A stretch of DNA of 63,329 bases, the filler included, from Nemertoderma westbladi (lineage: Eukaryota; Animalia; Xenacoelomorpha), in NCBI GenBank assembly GCA_032718475.1. It is 4 parts of 4 records of this genome, joined end to end, with 100 filler letters (N's around TTAATTAATTAA, not from the genome) between each part and the next. Parts side by side here need not be neighbours in the genome. Positions count along the whole stretch, not along the records: positions 17,789 to 32,198 come from JAUCBJ010003115.1; positions 32,299 to 53,905 come from JAUCBJ010003557.1; 2 more parts are not named here. The stretch is one strand, 5' to 3'. The translations under genes and the position numbers were made by a program. Below the pieces are notes generated by a model, which saw nothing but the letters and a program-made list of their open reading frames with translations, searched no databases and had not been told where the DNA came from. This document shows, piece by piece, positions 24,582 through 38,160 of the stretch. Position 1 is the first letter of the stretch. Each line of letters begins with the position of its first letter.

Positions 24582-25868
24582 TTAATGTTTCACTAGCCTG
24601 TAGACTTGGTGTTGGTTGCCCAGTTCGCAGGTGGAAACCTCGAACACGTAGGCTACGCACAGCAGGGTCTCCCTGTCTGAGTCCGAGACCCCATGCTGAC
24701 TAGTCGGTTCTCTTCCGCAGGGCCTCGGGGACTCACCTTGGGTAACAACCTGAAGGATTGTAAAGTTCTCTAACACGGTGTTCATCGTCTGTTTATCCGG
24801 GAGCTGGTTGAGTTTGTTGATCAAGCTCATCATATATTCGCACATGGGACTCCGATGGATGTTGTACACGTATCGATCGGTCTCCAGTCGACCGAACTCC
24901 GTCTCGAGTTTCTCGATGACCTGGTTTCCAAAGGAGCATACCTTGGAGGCGACGGTGATGGGAACGTCCGCAGGCGACTCAAACGTGGAGCTGACCCCGT
25001 AGAAGTGGGAGCTCGCCAACGGCAGCTCGCCGCCCGCGTTCATATCCGCCCAGAACTTTACGAGGAAGAAGGAATCCGGCGAGCCACGGTCCAACAGGTC
25101 CCGCAGACCGCCGCGCTGGTCCGGGAACTTGTCGTAGACCTGTCGGACATCGATCGACTCCAACACCGACTGACTGTTAGTCGAAGAGCTGAGATTCACG
25201 AAGGTGTGTCGGAGTGTCTCCCCGTCGAGTTGGTACTCGAGGAAGGCGGATAACTCCACGAGTTGGAGTCGAGGCGAGCCGAGTAGATGGGGGGTGGGGG
25301 CGGGAGGTCCCAGTCTGTTAGTCCAATAGGGAGTGGAGGAGCTGGGGGGAGGAGGGGGGAGGAAGAGTGCGGAGTGCTCGCCGCCGGGGTCCACGGACAA
25401 CGGAGCGAATTGGCTGGGAGTCGCACCGATCGCGCTGCCTTTCATCGTCGAGGCGGAAACAATCTGCGCGGACGACATCTGGGACAACTGGTGCAGCGCT
25501 TTCTCTTTGGTGTTTAAATCGATCTCAATTCGCTTCATCTTCGTTTGTATTTCACGGGTTTTCTTCCGAGCGAGCACCTGTATGTGGCTGGACACCTGTT
25601 TGCGCGATCGCACCTTGCCAGTTCGCAGTTTTATGTACCTCGCGATCAACTCGTTCCGTCCGTACATCTTGCCCTCGTCGCTGAGTATGATCTTGCGGCG
25701 GCCGCAGGGCGGGTATATGGCGAGCGCCTCGTGGAAGCTCTGCTCGATCTCGACGCTCCAGACCCCCTCGGAGTCCTCGTGCTCCGAGCCCTCGCGACTG
25801 GAGGCGGACCCCGAAGGACTTGGGGCCATGTCGCCGTTGTCTCCCAGGGAATTCGATCCAACATCCAT
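24582..25868 (-). CDS. TEAD: TEAD/scalloped transcription factor
   Basis: TEA domain [61 protein letters not shown]; YAP-binding domain [33 protein letters not shown]. First ATG (MDVGS) at 25868. Confidence 0.97.
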   Translation of the reverse strand: MDVGSNSLGDNGDMAPSPSGSASSREGSEHEDSEGVWSVEIEQSFHEALAIYPPCGRRKIILSDEGKMYGRNELIARYIKLRTGKVRSRKQVSSHIQVLARKKTREIQTKMKRIEIDLNTKEKALHQLSQMSSAQIVSASTMKGSAIGATPSQFAPLSVDPGGEHSALFLPPPPPSSSTPYWTNRLGPPAPTPHLLGSPRLQLVELSAFLEYQLDGETLRHTFVNLSSSTNSQSVLESIDVRQVYDKFPDQRGGLRDLLDRGSPDSFFLVKFWADMNAGGELPLASSHFYGVSSTFESPADVPITVASKVCSFGNQVIEKLETEFGRLETDRYVYNIHRSPMCEYMMSLINKLNQLPDKQTMNTVLENFTILQVVTQGESPRPCGREPTSQHGVSDSDRETLLCVAYVFEVSTCELGNQHQVYRLVKH

Positions 25869-26139
25869 CGTGTTTGGGGTGGAAGAATAAGTCAACAATA
25901 CTCTTAGTCTGCTAGTGCTGTAGTGCAGATGTGGTATATTCAAAATGTATATATATATATATATATCAATAGAATAGTCTCTACAGCTCTAGACAGCGCA
26001 GCCAGAGTCTAGGCAATGATTGACTTAAGATTTAAGAATATGGCAATGGCATACCCGGTACTGGCATGCTGTACAGCTGTATTGATGTAGTAGGTTCAGA
26101 ATCAGAAGTTAGACCTACTGCTAGTTACTGACTGACTGA

Positions 26140-28083
26140 CAGTCGGTGAGAAGTCAAAAATTGGACTTGAGTCCAAAATTGGACTTCGACTCCAGTTCAA
26201 GTCCAAAATTGGACTTCTGTGAGTCCAATATTGGACTTCAAATCAGCCCATTGTTCCAGGGCCTTGGGTAATTGGATCGGGCGGGATTTTTTTTCTTTAA
26301 TCGAAAATATATCAAAAAATAAGAGTTTTGAACAGGGGGACCTGAAATTCACCAGGGGGAACTTTTTTTATAAGGCTTTGAATTTTTACAAAAGTCCAAT
26401 ATTGGACTTTAAGTCCAATTTTGGACGTGACATTGAGAATCGAACTTAAAGGTACATGAAGCATGACAGATGAGAGACAGCCAGACAGCTGTTAAGTTAT
26501 GGAAAGTTACCTTTGCAAGCTCTGTATGTATCTTCAGTGTACTGACTGTACTGTACTTATAATATAATGTTACATTCTAGCATTCTAGGTACTTTGTACT
26601 TTACTTTTAGCATTATTGTTTAGTTTACAATTTATATTCATGTTATGTCTAACCTTACAGCCTTATGTACCCAGGACTTTATAGTGTCTTTAGGACTAGA
26701 TTAGATTATGCTCCAACAAATATTTAATTACAAATTATATTTGGTGGATAGGCCTACTGGTAGCAATGCCAGGTTAGCCAACTGCAGCTGCAGCTAAGGC
26801 TAACTACAGTACAAGCTACGATTTCGTCTAAGGCTATGGGAGCCCTATCAGAAAGAAATACTGCAAGTTGATGCTACCACCATCTCTTCTAATTTTTCCA
26901 TACAACAGGAAGGGTATTATAAAACGGCTGGATAACAGGATAATGAAATGGGATTAGTAACTGATTAATGTGTTGGGGTCTCCACATAATAAGTACAGAA
27001 GTAACAAGTAACACACGTCATAATCATAAACCAATTGAGGGAAAGTAACAGGTTACAGAGGCAGGCTTTTCTAACTAAAACAATAAACGGCCACTTTTGA
27101 CTTTACCAATTGAAGGAGCCCTATAACCTCACCACATACTACTACTACAATCGGCATGATTCATTGCAGCTGCATTATATATATATATAGGCCCTATTAT
27201 GTATTAAGAATGCTGTGCCGGCTTGTTGACAAAAGTGCGCCTCCACAACTCCCTTACACTCTTACCAGCTTACAGCCTTATCACCCATGACATTTGCTAG
27301 ATCATCCGCATCTTCAAGGCCAGTGTCCTTTAAGACAGTAAGAAAGATGCGTCTCAAGAAGGTCATGGGCTGTCCACCATGCTTATTCACTCCATGAGGT
27401 GCACTGGCTGGTCCTCACGGCTTAAAGCGATGTCCTGCAAAGCGGAAGCGGCTTTGTTCTAGTGTCAAGCTTGGGGGAACCAATGACTGAATGAGACACC
27501 TCCAACTCCAATGTTATATAGCTGTATAGTGTCTGGTTGGAGATGCAGAGATGTGTGCATTGTACTTGACACAGTGAACCTAATCAAAACAATTAGTCAA
27601 TAAACATTAACTCAATAACATAATAGGTTACAGTTTACAGTAGTCTTATTTTTGCCATACGAAAATACCACAGGTATGGCAGTATGGGTATGAATGAACT
27701 AACTATACAACTATAACTCAACTAGGCTACCGCGGTATACACCGCCAGACCGCTAAGGCAGTAAGGCTACATGGCTACAGCAAAGCTATACCACTACCGC
27801 AAAAAGTAACTACTGATGTCTGACTGTACGTGCTGACGTGTGCGATCCCTGTTTGTAATACATATAATAATTAATTTGATCATTAAAATAATGTTGCATT
27901 GTAATTATGTAATATATATGTACTGATACGGGATGCAGTTTTGATTTAAATACCGATATACAGTATGGCAGCATGGGTACACTTGGAGTTGTACTAAAGT
28001 CCAATATTGGACTTTGGAGTCCAAAATTGGACTTGAAGTCTAAAATTGGACTTGAAGTCCAATTTTTGACTTCTCACCGACTG
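26140..28083. mobile_element. Non-autonomous TIR DNA transposon upstream of TEAD
   Basis: 29-bp TIR cagtcggtgagaagtcaaaaattggactt; subterminal agtccaaNattggact palindromes; apparent 5-bp TSD actga. Confidence 0.85.
27137..27585 (-). mobile_element. RTE family B 3' fragment with many micro-insertions
   Basis: Reverse complement of about 20325-20694, with several extra 5-25-bp segments. Confidence 0.85.
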
Positions 28084-28695
28084 ACTGATCGACCGAATTA
28101 TTCGGTTCGGTACCGAATTTTGCCTAATACAGTAATATGGCATATTCGGTTCCGGCCGAATTTTAAAATTTGAGTTGACGAATATTCGGCAAAAATTGCA
28201 AATTACTACGGTAGAAGCGCCATCAGAACATTATTGCTGTAAGAAATTAAATATAAACAGATAATGAATCTTATGTATTATGGTATTAGGCCAATCTGCC
28301 TATAGCAGTATAGGATATAAGACAGTTTGCAACTGTTATAACATATGATTAGGCCCACTGTTAGGCGAAGTACTGAGTTCAAATCCCACACGCGCACTCG
28401 CTGACATACAGACATACTTTTTTGTAATGACATTTTTAGCACTCAATCGGGACAAAATTGCAATTATAAGCTAACCTTAAATTTGGTATGCCTATAAAAC
28501 AATATACAGATATAGGATTGCATTTTTCCGGCGAAAATGTAATTTAAAATATTTTTGTTGGAATTTCTTAAATTGTACTGTATTCTGGTATTACATGTGT
28601 TGAAAGAACATCGGATGTAGAAGAGGTTTGCATGTAATTTGAGCAAAATCCATTCACACATTCAAAAGTTAAGTTATTGCAACTTTAGTGTCTGC

Positions 28696-31062
28696 CCAGG
28701 TTGGAATTCATGCATGAGCGCGCAGGTACGCTTTGTTGTTTTGAAATCACCGCGCACCTGAAATTGGCTCGTCGCGCACCTCATCATAATCCAAACAAAA
28801 TCGCGCAGCTCATGTCATGCATATCTCAAAAAATCGCACAGTTCATAAGAACAATTTTACATTCCTATTTTACAAGTTTGAGCGTTTTAAGCTTATCTTT
28901 ACGTCTGTCTGTCTGTACGTTGAATCTACAGATCTAGGCTTACATACAGACATAATAAATGTAATTTTTGCAACATCAAAATTGTTAATATTAAAAAATA
29001 TTTTTTTAATCCACTACTATGGTGGCCCATCGGGCTCACTGCTTTTATAACAGAAAATATTATTTTAGATTACAAACAAAACATGTAATTTCAAAAAAAC
29101 GAATACCGGTACCTATTGAAATACCTACCAGTCTGCCAGTAATACTTTGTATAGGCCTACCTAACAATTAGGCTTAAACATACAGTTGGCTTATAATTAA
29201 GTCATACTTATAATACATTGTTACTTTCTGACTTTACCTGTTTACTAACGTAACATCGGCATAGCATAGACCTAATAACAATACAACAATAGAGTACTGT
29301 AGTTAAAATAAATAGACTAATTCAGCTCCGGTTGCCGGTATTACAGTATTATGGTGAAGTGATGACTGTTTGAAGAATTGGAAATGAGAAACTAATGCAA
29401 GCGAAGCGAGCGAAATTTTATTAATTAATAATTAATAAATTATTAATTTTTTAGTATTTTCGTGATTTCAATTAATTCAGTTAGGTACAATGGCCAAATC
29501 TGGCAACCTCAAAAGTTGCCACATATGGCAATGTTTATTGCCAAATCTGGCAACTTTTGGTTTTTCTAATTTTCGCACGCCCAGAAGCAAAATCGCATTT
29601 TGGTAAATAGTTAAGTGAAAAGAGCGCGAAATTTAAATATAATTGACCGTATAAGAAAAAAAATCATCGTCTGAATTTCTCTTAGCAATAGGCCGAAATG
29701 TGCCTAAAATAATTATTGCCATTTTTGGCAACCATTAGAATTAAAGAAAAATAATGGTTGCCATTTTTGGCAACAATTATTATTGTGCAGCCCTGTCAGT
29801 AACCCTGTCATTGTAAATTACTTCAAAATTGCTTACTGCTTGCTTACCCTTGTCGAGTTGTGATGATTTATAAACAGTATTAGTTGATGAAATGTCAGAA
29901 TGAAGTCCTATTTTATATGTTGTTAATATGTTAATGGACAGATGGATGAGTCTGTAACAGATACCGTACTGGTAGACTGGCATAGGCCCTATGGTATAGG
30001 TATAAACAAATCTAAAGAATCACATGCTTCAAAGGCTGAAATGGAAATAAACGTAATAATATTTGACAACGTCAGAACGTTAACATCACCAAAAGGCAGC
30101 AAGAAGGCAAGGGGGCATTAAAGTTTGAGAAACGGCGTGACGGAAGAAAAATAGTGTCAAAATTTAGAAAGACTGAGAAAACCAAAACGCGTGTTAACAG
30201 GTTAAGGGATTCAACAAATTGTTTCTAGTGGCCTAGTGTAGGCCCTAATCAGCTAATGAAAAACGGGATGAAATTATTTTCATTATATGTCTGTATGTAC
30301 TGATGTAGGAATGGAAAGATAGATATACTGAACTATATCGATATAGAGTGAAGGATGATTTAGATTGCTGGGCAATTGTATCAGCATTACACAGTTACAA
30401 TCTTTAACTACTAAACTATTATTGGTACAAACAACAATCAACCACCTCCCCAAGCAGCGCCAGAGATTACTAGCAAAAATGTCAAAAAAGCAAAAAAACT
30501 ATCACCAGTCAGTCTGTGTTTGTGTTATTGACTCTCATTCTCACCTCATTCTGTCATTTATTAGGATATATTGCTGTATTGGTTAGACTTAGAACTTAGA
30601 ATATGCCACTACCGGCTGACCGGTATAAGTATAACCTGTAACCTGGCCCTACCCCTTTGCCTTTTTTCTAGGCCTAACATTAACATTTCAGGATCTAAGG
30701 AATGACCATACTGCCATAGAAGGACTTAATGACGCAGAACCATATAATCCATATTCAATGAGTTAGTTAAGTTGCCAAATATGGCAACAACGGCTTTATA
30801 TAGTTGCCAAATCAGGCAATCAGAAATGTTGCCAGATTTTGCTTGGTTGCCAAATATGGCAATCACAATCATTGCCAGATTTGGCCATTGTACCTAACTG
30901 TAATTTGTGGTGCGCATCAGAGCAGAGCTGCGCGCTGAGGCGCAACGCGCACCTGTCTCACCCGAACGCGCACCTGTCTCACCCAAACGCGCAACGCGCA
31001 TCTGGTTTGCGGTCATTCGCGCAGGTACGCGTCCGAGTTTTGCAGCATGAATTCCAACCTGG
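28696..31062. mobile_element. Non-autonomous hAT-like element
   Basis: TIR ccaggttggaattcatgc / gcatgaattccaacctgg; 8-bp TSD gtgtctgc. Confidence 0.88.
29478..30900. mobile_element. Nested non-autonomous TIR element
   Basis: 29-bp TIR cagttaggtacaatggccaaatctggcaa; subterminal ttgccaN4tggcaa-type palindromes; 5-bp TSD taatt. Confidence 0.88.
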
Positions 31063-32651
31063 GTGTCTGCAAGACGATCGCCAAACAGCCAAAACGGAAC
31101 TCAATATCCAATACCGGTACCGGTACTGGTTTAGGGGGCCTATGTAGTTATAGTTAAGCGGCTCTCTAGTTACGTAATAAAAATTCGGGAACACTAAATT
31201 ATTTTTACATTGTGTAAGGCAGCATCAGGAGTTGAAGAGTACAATAATTCAGTAAGGGAAAATACCCCGAATTTGGGTACAGCTCTATACCCAGAATCGG
31301 TGTTATAGTGGAAAATAGTGACACCGATTCGAGATTTTCAGTAGAAAGCTATACCCCGAATTGGTGTTCTACTAGAAAATCTCCAGGCAGCGGAAAAAAT
31401 TATGTATACCCCGAATCGGGGTATAGGAGTTATTTAGTTCCCTGTGAAATCTGTCAAGTGGAACCTGTCAATCAATCATATTATGATTGCAATGGCTATT
31501 CTTCATTGGCACTGGCTGACTGAGTGCCGATTGGCGCTATATTGTGTTTGTGTACATATAATACTGTAATATTATGGCGCAATTCCTGGTGTTGATTTTA
31601 ACATACGATTCTAATAAATGACTCTTGTCAATAAAAGTGTTGTAAAATAAAATCAATCCTGAGTTAATTTCATTGTACGACTTTATAGATTAATTAATTA
31701 TTGTGTACCTCTGGGTAGTGTATTATGTTATCAAAGCAATTCATAAAAATTAAAAGTAAATAATAATTAATTAGAAAAACTATCTAAAAAAATTATATTA
31801 TTATTATTACATATTTGTATTTCCTGTTAGCCTACTCTTCTTACTGTCTTCTGGTCTTAGCAGAATAACCCTCTCTTTAGGGCCGTTTCCCAGGTTTGCA
31901 AATAAGATAACATTTCACACATCGACATCACACTAATAATTGTGGTTGTGATTTGTATGCTTAGTAGCTTAGACGACTGTGTATTACATTACATTACACA
32001 GTTAGACGGGAAGCAGTTTGTTTGGTTGATGAAAGTCATTCTTGCTTTGAACCTTTTTGTTTGCGTTGGAATCCAATATTGGAATGGAATATTGCTTCTG
32101 CTTTTATATTTTGTTTTATTTAGACTTTTGATTAAATTTATAAGCATTCCTTATTTCCTGGCTTTACTCGCTGTGGCTGTTGAGGTTGGGCGGCAGATNN
32201 NNNNNNNNNNNNNNNNNNNNNNNNNNNNNNNNNNNNNNNNNNTTAATTAATTAANNNNNNNNNNNNNNNNNNNNNNNNNNNNNNNNNNNNNNNNNNNNTA
32301 ATACTTCGTGGCTCGCCCCACAAGTAGTATTAGCAGTCCTAGACCACTGGCTTTGCCGAAGATAATAAAATAATCCATGGCCAGATGCGTTGCAGTGTGA
32401 TAGTAACCACACATGTGTGCTACATAATAAAAATATTGATTCACCAATTGAGGGAAAGGAGAACTTTAGGCCTACGGTAGGATTTTATGTGACTTGCTTA
32501 AAGGCGTCTTGACGCCGTCTCTTGTAGTAATAATGGAATTTTCCAACATTTTCTTTCTGTGGCGTTTTATCAAACAATCTTTGGTGCCAATTTTGTATCT
32601 AATAAAAGTAACCAACAAAACCAAATTGGCACCATGCCAAAATTGATTTAA

Positions 32652-33517
32652 CACGTTAGTTGCAGATTGAGCACCGGTGCATAATTCGTGTTTTAACTTT
32701 ACTGCGGCAGGTTTTGCTCCCTGTCAACTTCTTACTGCGGATTGAGCACCGGTGAACATGACCTGTGCAGTGTGCAACCCTGTAGTGCGGAGCTATTTTG
32801 GCTTGGCTAGCACTTAGTGCCGAGGCTATAAGTTGAGCACCGGTGCTCAAATACATATTCGGTATCTGTGACCTTTGTATGACTCATATATATATATTTT
32901 TTGGGTTTGTGCACCGGTGCACAATCCGCACTACACAAGTGCCAGCGCGGATTAAGCGCCGGTGCTCAATATTTCCACATATATAAATATGGCGGGATTT
33001 TTAAAATGCTCTACTGTAGCATAGCTATTAGGCCTATTTGATGTAGTTCATTGTTAGTTAAGCAATTACTGTTAAAAACTGTTAATTTATATTGCATAAG
33101 CAAATGTGCTGTAACAATAACAATGTTATTTTATATTGTTTATGTTTTACTTTCCAAACGTTATTAAAACCCAAATGATTGATGGTGGGTGGAGGGGGGG
33201 GGGGTCGTTAAACTGCAGACATTGTTAACCCTGTAAAGGTAAAATCATAAAAAACATATAAAATGTGGATGAAATTCAACCTACTATCTCTGGACTGGAA
33301 GGAGGTATTGAGATGCCCTTTTTTCTATGGTGATTCTCCATTGTTTATAAATACAATGATTGTAAATTTGAGCACCGGTGCCCAAAGGCATTCCCACAAA
33401 ATGTACTTAACAAAAAGTAATTTGTTGAGCACCGGTGCACAATCCGCAGTTGAGGAACTGCTCAGGAATGTTCACCGGTAACAAAGAACCAGTGGTTTCG
33501 GAGCCGCAGCTAACGTG
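32652..33517. mobile_element. piggyBac-like MITE
   Basis: TTAA|cacgttag(t/c)tgc ... gcagctaacgtg|TTAA; repeated ttgagcaccggtgc subterminal motif. Confidence 0.85.
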
Positions 33518-33795
33518 TTAATAATATTTGGAAACGATCGTTTAGATACCTTACTACATTATCGGTTGTCTTTATACCTAAAAAAGGTTTTGATTTGATT
33601 TCGAGTGAAATTTGTTCGATATCGTCAGTCCCTGATGCTGTCTTATGTCCACTTATTATGGTATTGTAATGAAAGTTTCAGAAATTAATTTAATTTTAAA
33701 CTAATGTAATCCAGTTAAGTAATAATATTGATTAATTATTGCATTACTTAGCAATGTTCTGATTTTAATAAATATTCTCCATTATTTTCTCTAGG

Positions 33796-35061
<1,266 letters not shown>

Positions 35062-37029
35062 CTTTAGCAATAAATAAATATTCTGAATCTTGACTGTGCG
35101 AATAAATTTTATATGTTGTTGTTGTTGAAACTCTTGACCAAATATAACCTACCAGATATTTAGTCGGTAGCAACATCCTTTGTATAACTGTAAAGTCCAG
35201 TAGTATACCGCCTACCAGATCCTAGTAACGAAGTACCTTACTGTAGAATCCAGCAGTGTATACGGGCTCGTACAGTATCTGACAAGAAATCCCAGTCCAG
35301 GGTGTCTAAATAAACAGATACTAAGTACACAAACTACTACTGGCAAGGAACGGAGCCTGATGTCTATTCTAATACGTGGGCGAATCAAATGCCCGGGCTA
35401 ACTAGACAAACAGGATCCCCGGCCTCTAGGCTGGTGATGCAGATGTACAGTCTACTAATACAGACCAAACTCACGGGAAAACAATCCCCGCATAGCGAAT
35501 CCTAACTATCGCTAATGGGCCTAAAATACCGTAAACTTGCCGCAGTGTGATTTTTATGGGTATATACGAGCTAGCGGGTCAACGACACTAGCATAAAACA
35601 ATACTGCCGACAGGAAAATAGCAGTCAAAAAGGTGCCTCTATGCCTGAGTAAAACATATACCAAATATCCAAATATCAAAAAAACCAAATATCTCCTCAC
35701 ATATAAACAAGAATAACTCTTACTTGTAAATCAGTAGCTTAGATCTCAAGATGCGTGTGTGTGTTACGAGTAAAACAATTTTGGTGTATCGCCGTTATAC
35801 TGGGTTTTGGTGATTTTAATCAAAATAACAATACCGGGCGCTAGCTACTCGAATAAGCTAGTCGCACGCTGTAGGCGCAATACTTACAAACTGACGTCAA
35901 AAGGGCTCTCTCCTCCTTCATTCACAACTCAACCGGGCAATTACGGTGTTAGTAACTACACCCGTGATCGGCACTAATACCAGATTCGGATTGTGAGATA
36001 AAGAAATAGGTGTTAATTTACTACCGTATGTATAGCTGATCTGGTATATAAATGATTCTAGAACTTTGTTACTGTGGCAGTGTGGTGGACTACAGTAAAT
36101 ACCTATCGTACGTGGCAAGGGCGCGGTAGGATGTTAGTAAACCTCCCTAAGCCAAACATGTGCCGGTAGCAGAAAGCTGCCTCTTGCCTGATCAAATACT
36201 TTGGAATCAGACAGGTCAGTCAATCTATAAGGCCTACAGAGCTAACCGGTACTGTACTGTCGGTACTGCAAATCACCAAATTATAGAGCGTGCTATTCGC
36301 ACCTAAGTGTACTTACGCATACTGACGAACAGCAACAGCTCGCACCTGTAGGAGATACAGGTTGACCGGAGTTTTTCCTGTCTGAATCTGAGATATTTGA
36401 TCGTAAATTTTACGGCGTCCCAGGACGGCGTCACACTTTACCCTGATATAAGGTCTTACTGCGGGCAAGGGCGTCGAACACAGTCTTACCTTCCTCTGAC
36501 GTGGGCGCTTTCAGGCAGTGGGGCATGCTTTCGAAATGGATGGGCGAAGATAATGTGGGCTCCTTAATGCGTCGTGGACATCTTTCCCTAACAGAAGCCT
36601 AACGGTCTAGGCAGCCATTGTATTTTAACGTAAAGACTTATCAAATTAAACTAACTTTAGAAATAACTTTACAAATTAGAATACTAAGGATAGTTAAGAG
36701 TAACAAGTCATAAAGGAACAAGTTAGGGTGAGGTGCTAAGACGTATAACTAGTAAGTGATAACCGAAGGGCAAACGCCCCCGTATAGCAATCCTGAGCAT
36801 GGAATCAACCAGAACATTCTATGTACGCACATTGGAGCAATAAATTATCAAGTGCCCTACTATTGGCCCAACTCATCGTTCCACGTGTTGTACGCACCTC
36901 ATTGGCTTATCTAATTTAATGAAACCGAAAATATAGTAGCCCAAAATACAAATTTACTGACCCAGATTACCACAGACCTTACAACCTTGATTTTAGCCTA
37001 TCGTAGTGTATTGTCTCAAACCGATTTGT

Positions 37030-37310
37030 ACTGTATAGAATAGTAACGTATTTATTGTATTGTATTGCCTGTATTTTACTGTATCGTATTGCAATGTATC
37101 GTATTGTAGTGTATTGTATAGTAAAGTATTGTATTATCTGGTATTGTACTGTGAAGCATTGTATTGTATTGTTACGTGTTCTATTGTAAAGTACTGTATC
37201 ATATTATAGTGTTTAGTGTTGTATTGTAAAGTTTTGTACTGTATTATATTGCTTAGTATTGTATTGTAAAGTTTTGTGCTGTATTACATTGTTTAGTATC
37301 GTATTACGTA
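37030..37310. repeat. Degenerate (GTATT)n simple repeat
   Basis: Pentamer periodicity. Confidence 0.8.
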
Positions 37311-37337
37311 CCTTAAATTATGTATTATTAATTAAAT

Positions 37338-37405
37338 ACCCAGATTCGAACTCCTGACCTACTTAGAATGTAACCCGCTCCTTAACCTACTCGACCACTG
37401 CGCCA
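37338..37405 (-). mobile_element. tRNA-derived (SINE head-like) remnant
   Basis: Minus strand gtggtcgagtaggttaagg...ggagttcgaatc with A/B boxes; no complete acceptor stem. Confidence 0.45.
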
Positions 37406-38160
37406 ATGGAAACCCAATTGAAATTATAACTATTGTAGGAAATAGGCATGTTACAACAACTACAAATCAAGGCAAAATACGTCGGATTTAGAAAGTTTTT
37501 TTACGTAGTACTGTAGATATCTACCTTAACTGTAAAATAATCTCACACCACTCCATGAAAACAGTAAGTAAGACTGTTTTCACCAATCGAAATACAAATT
37601 AATAACTAAAATATCTCTCTAAATCTAGGATAGGGCCTAAAATATAAAATAATCACTGCTTTAAATCTATTGCATACTAAATATTGCCGGTACTGCGTAA
37701 ATATAAAACCTTTGTACATACGTACATATAGAAATACAAATTTACTATCTAATATTATCGAGCTTGGTGCATAAAATATAAAAGGGCTTCGGTTCGGGTA
37801 TCCAAAATTAAACAAATTAACAAATTAAAGCAAAATAATTTAAACTTTCATATAATATAATATTGCAAATACATAATAAATTCACTAAATTAAATCAGTC
37901 CAAATATAATAATACAATAATTTCAAATAGGTTCTAAAGTGTCCTCCTGACGAGCTTAAAAGTTCGTCCTGCTGGTTCTAGATGTCTTCTCCTGAGCGCT
38001 AATCGCTAACGGTAGGCTTCCAAGCTTACTGTTAAATGTTTGACAACATATAGTAGGCTGAAGGCCATTCAAATAACTGAGTTTTACTGTCAGTGTTTTA
38101 TAATCACAGTAATCAATAATAGCACAGTCTGAATATAATAGTATGGTAGTGACGACGGTT

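Noticed and set aside
24778-25907. Antisense and alternative-frame ORFs over TEAD (likewise over MRPL18, the hydrolase and the ZF array)
   Set aside because: Shadow ORFs of GC-rich or repetitive coding sequence.
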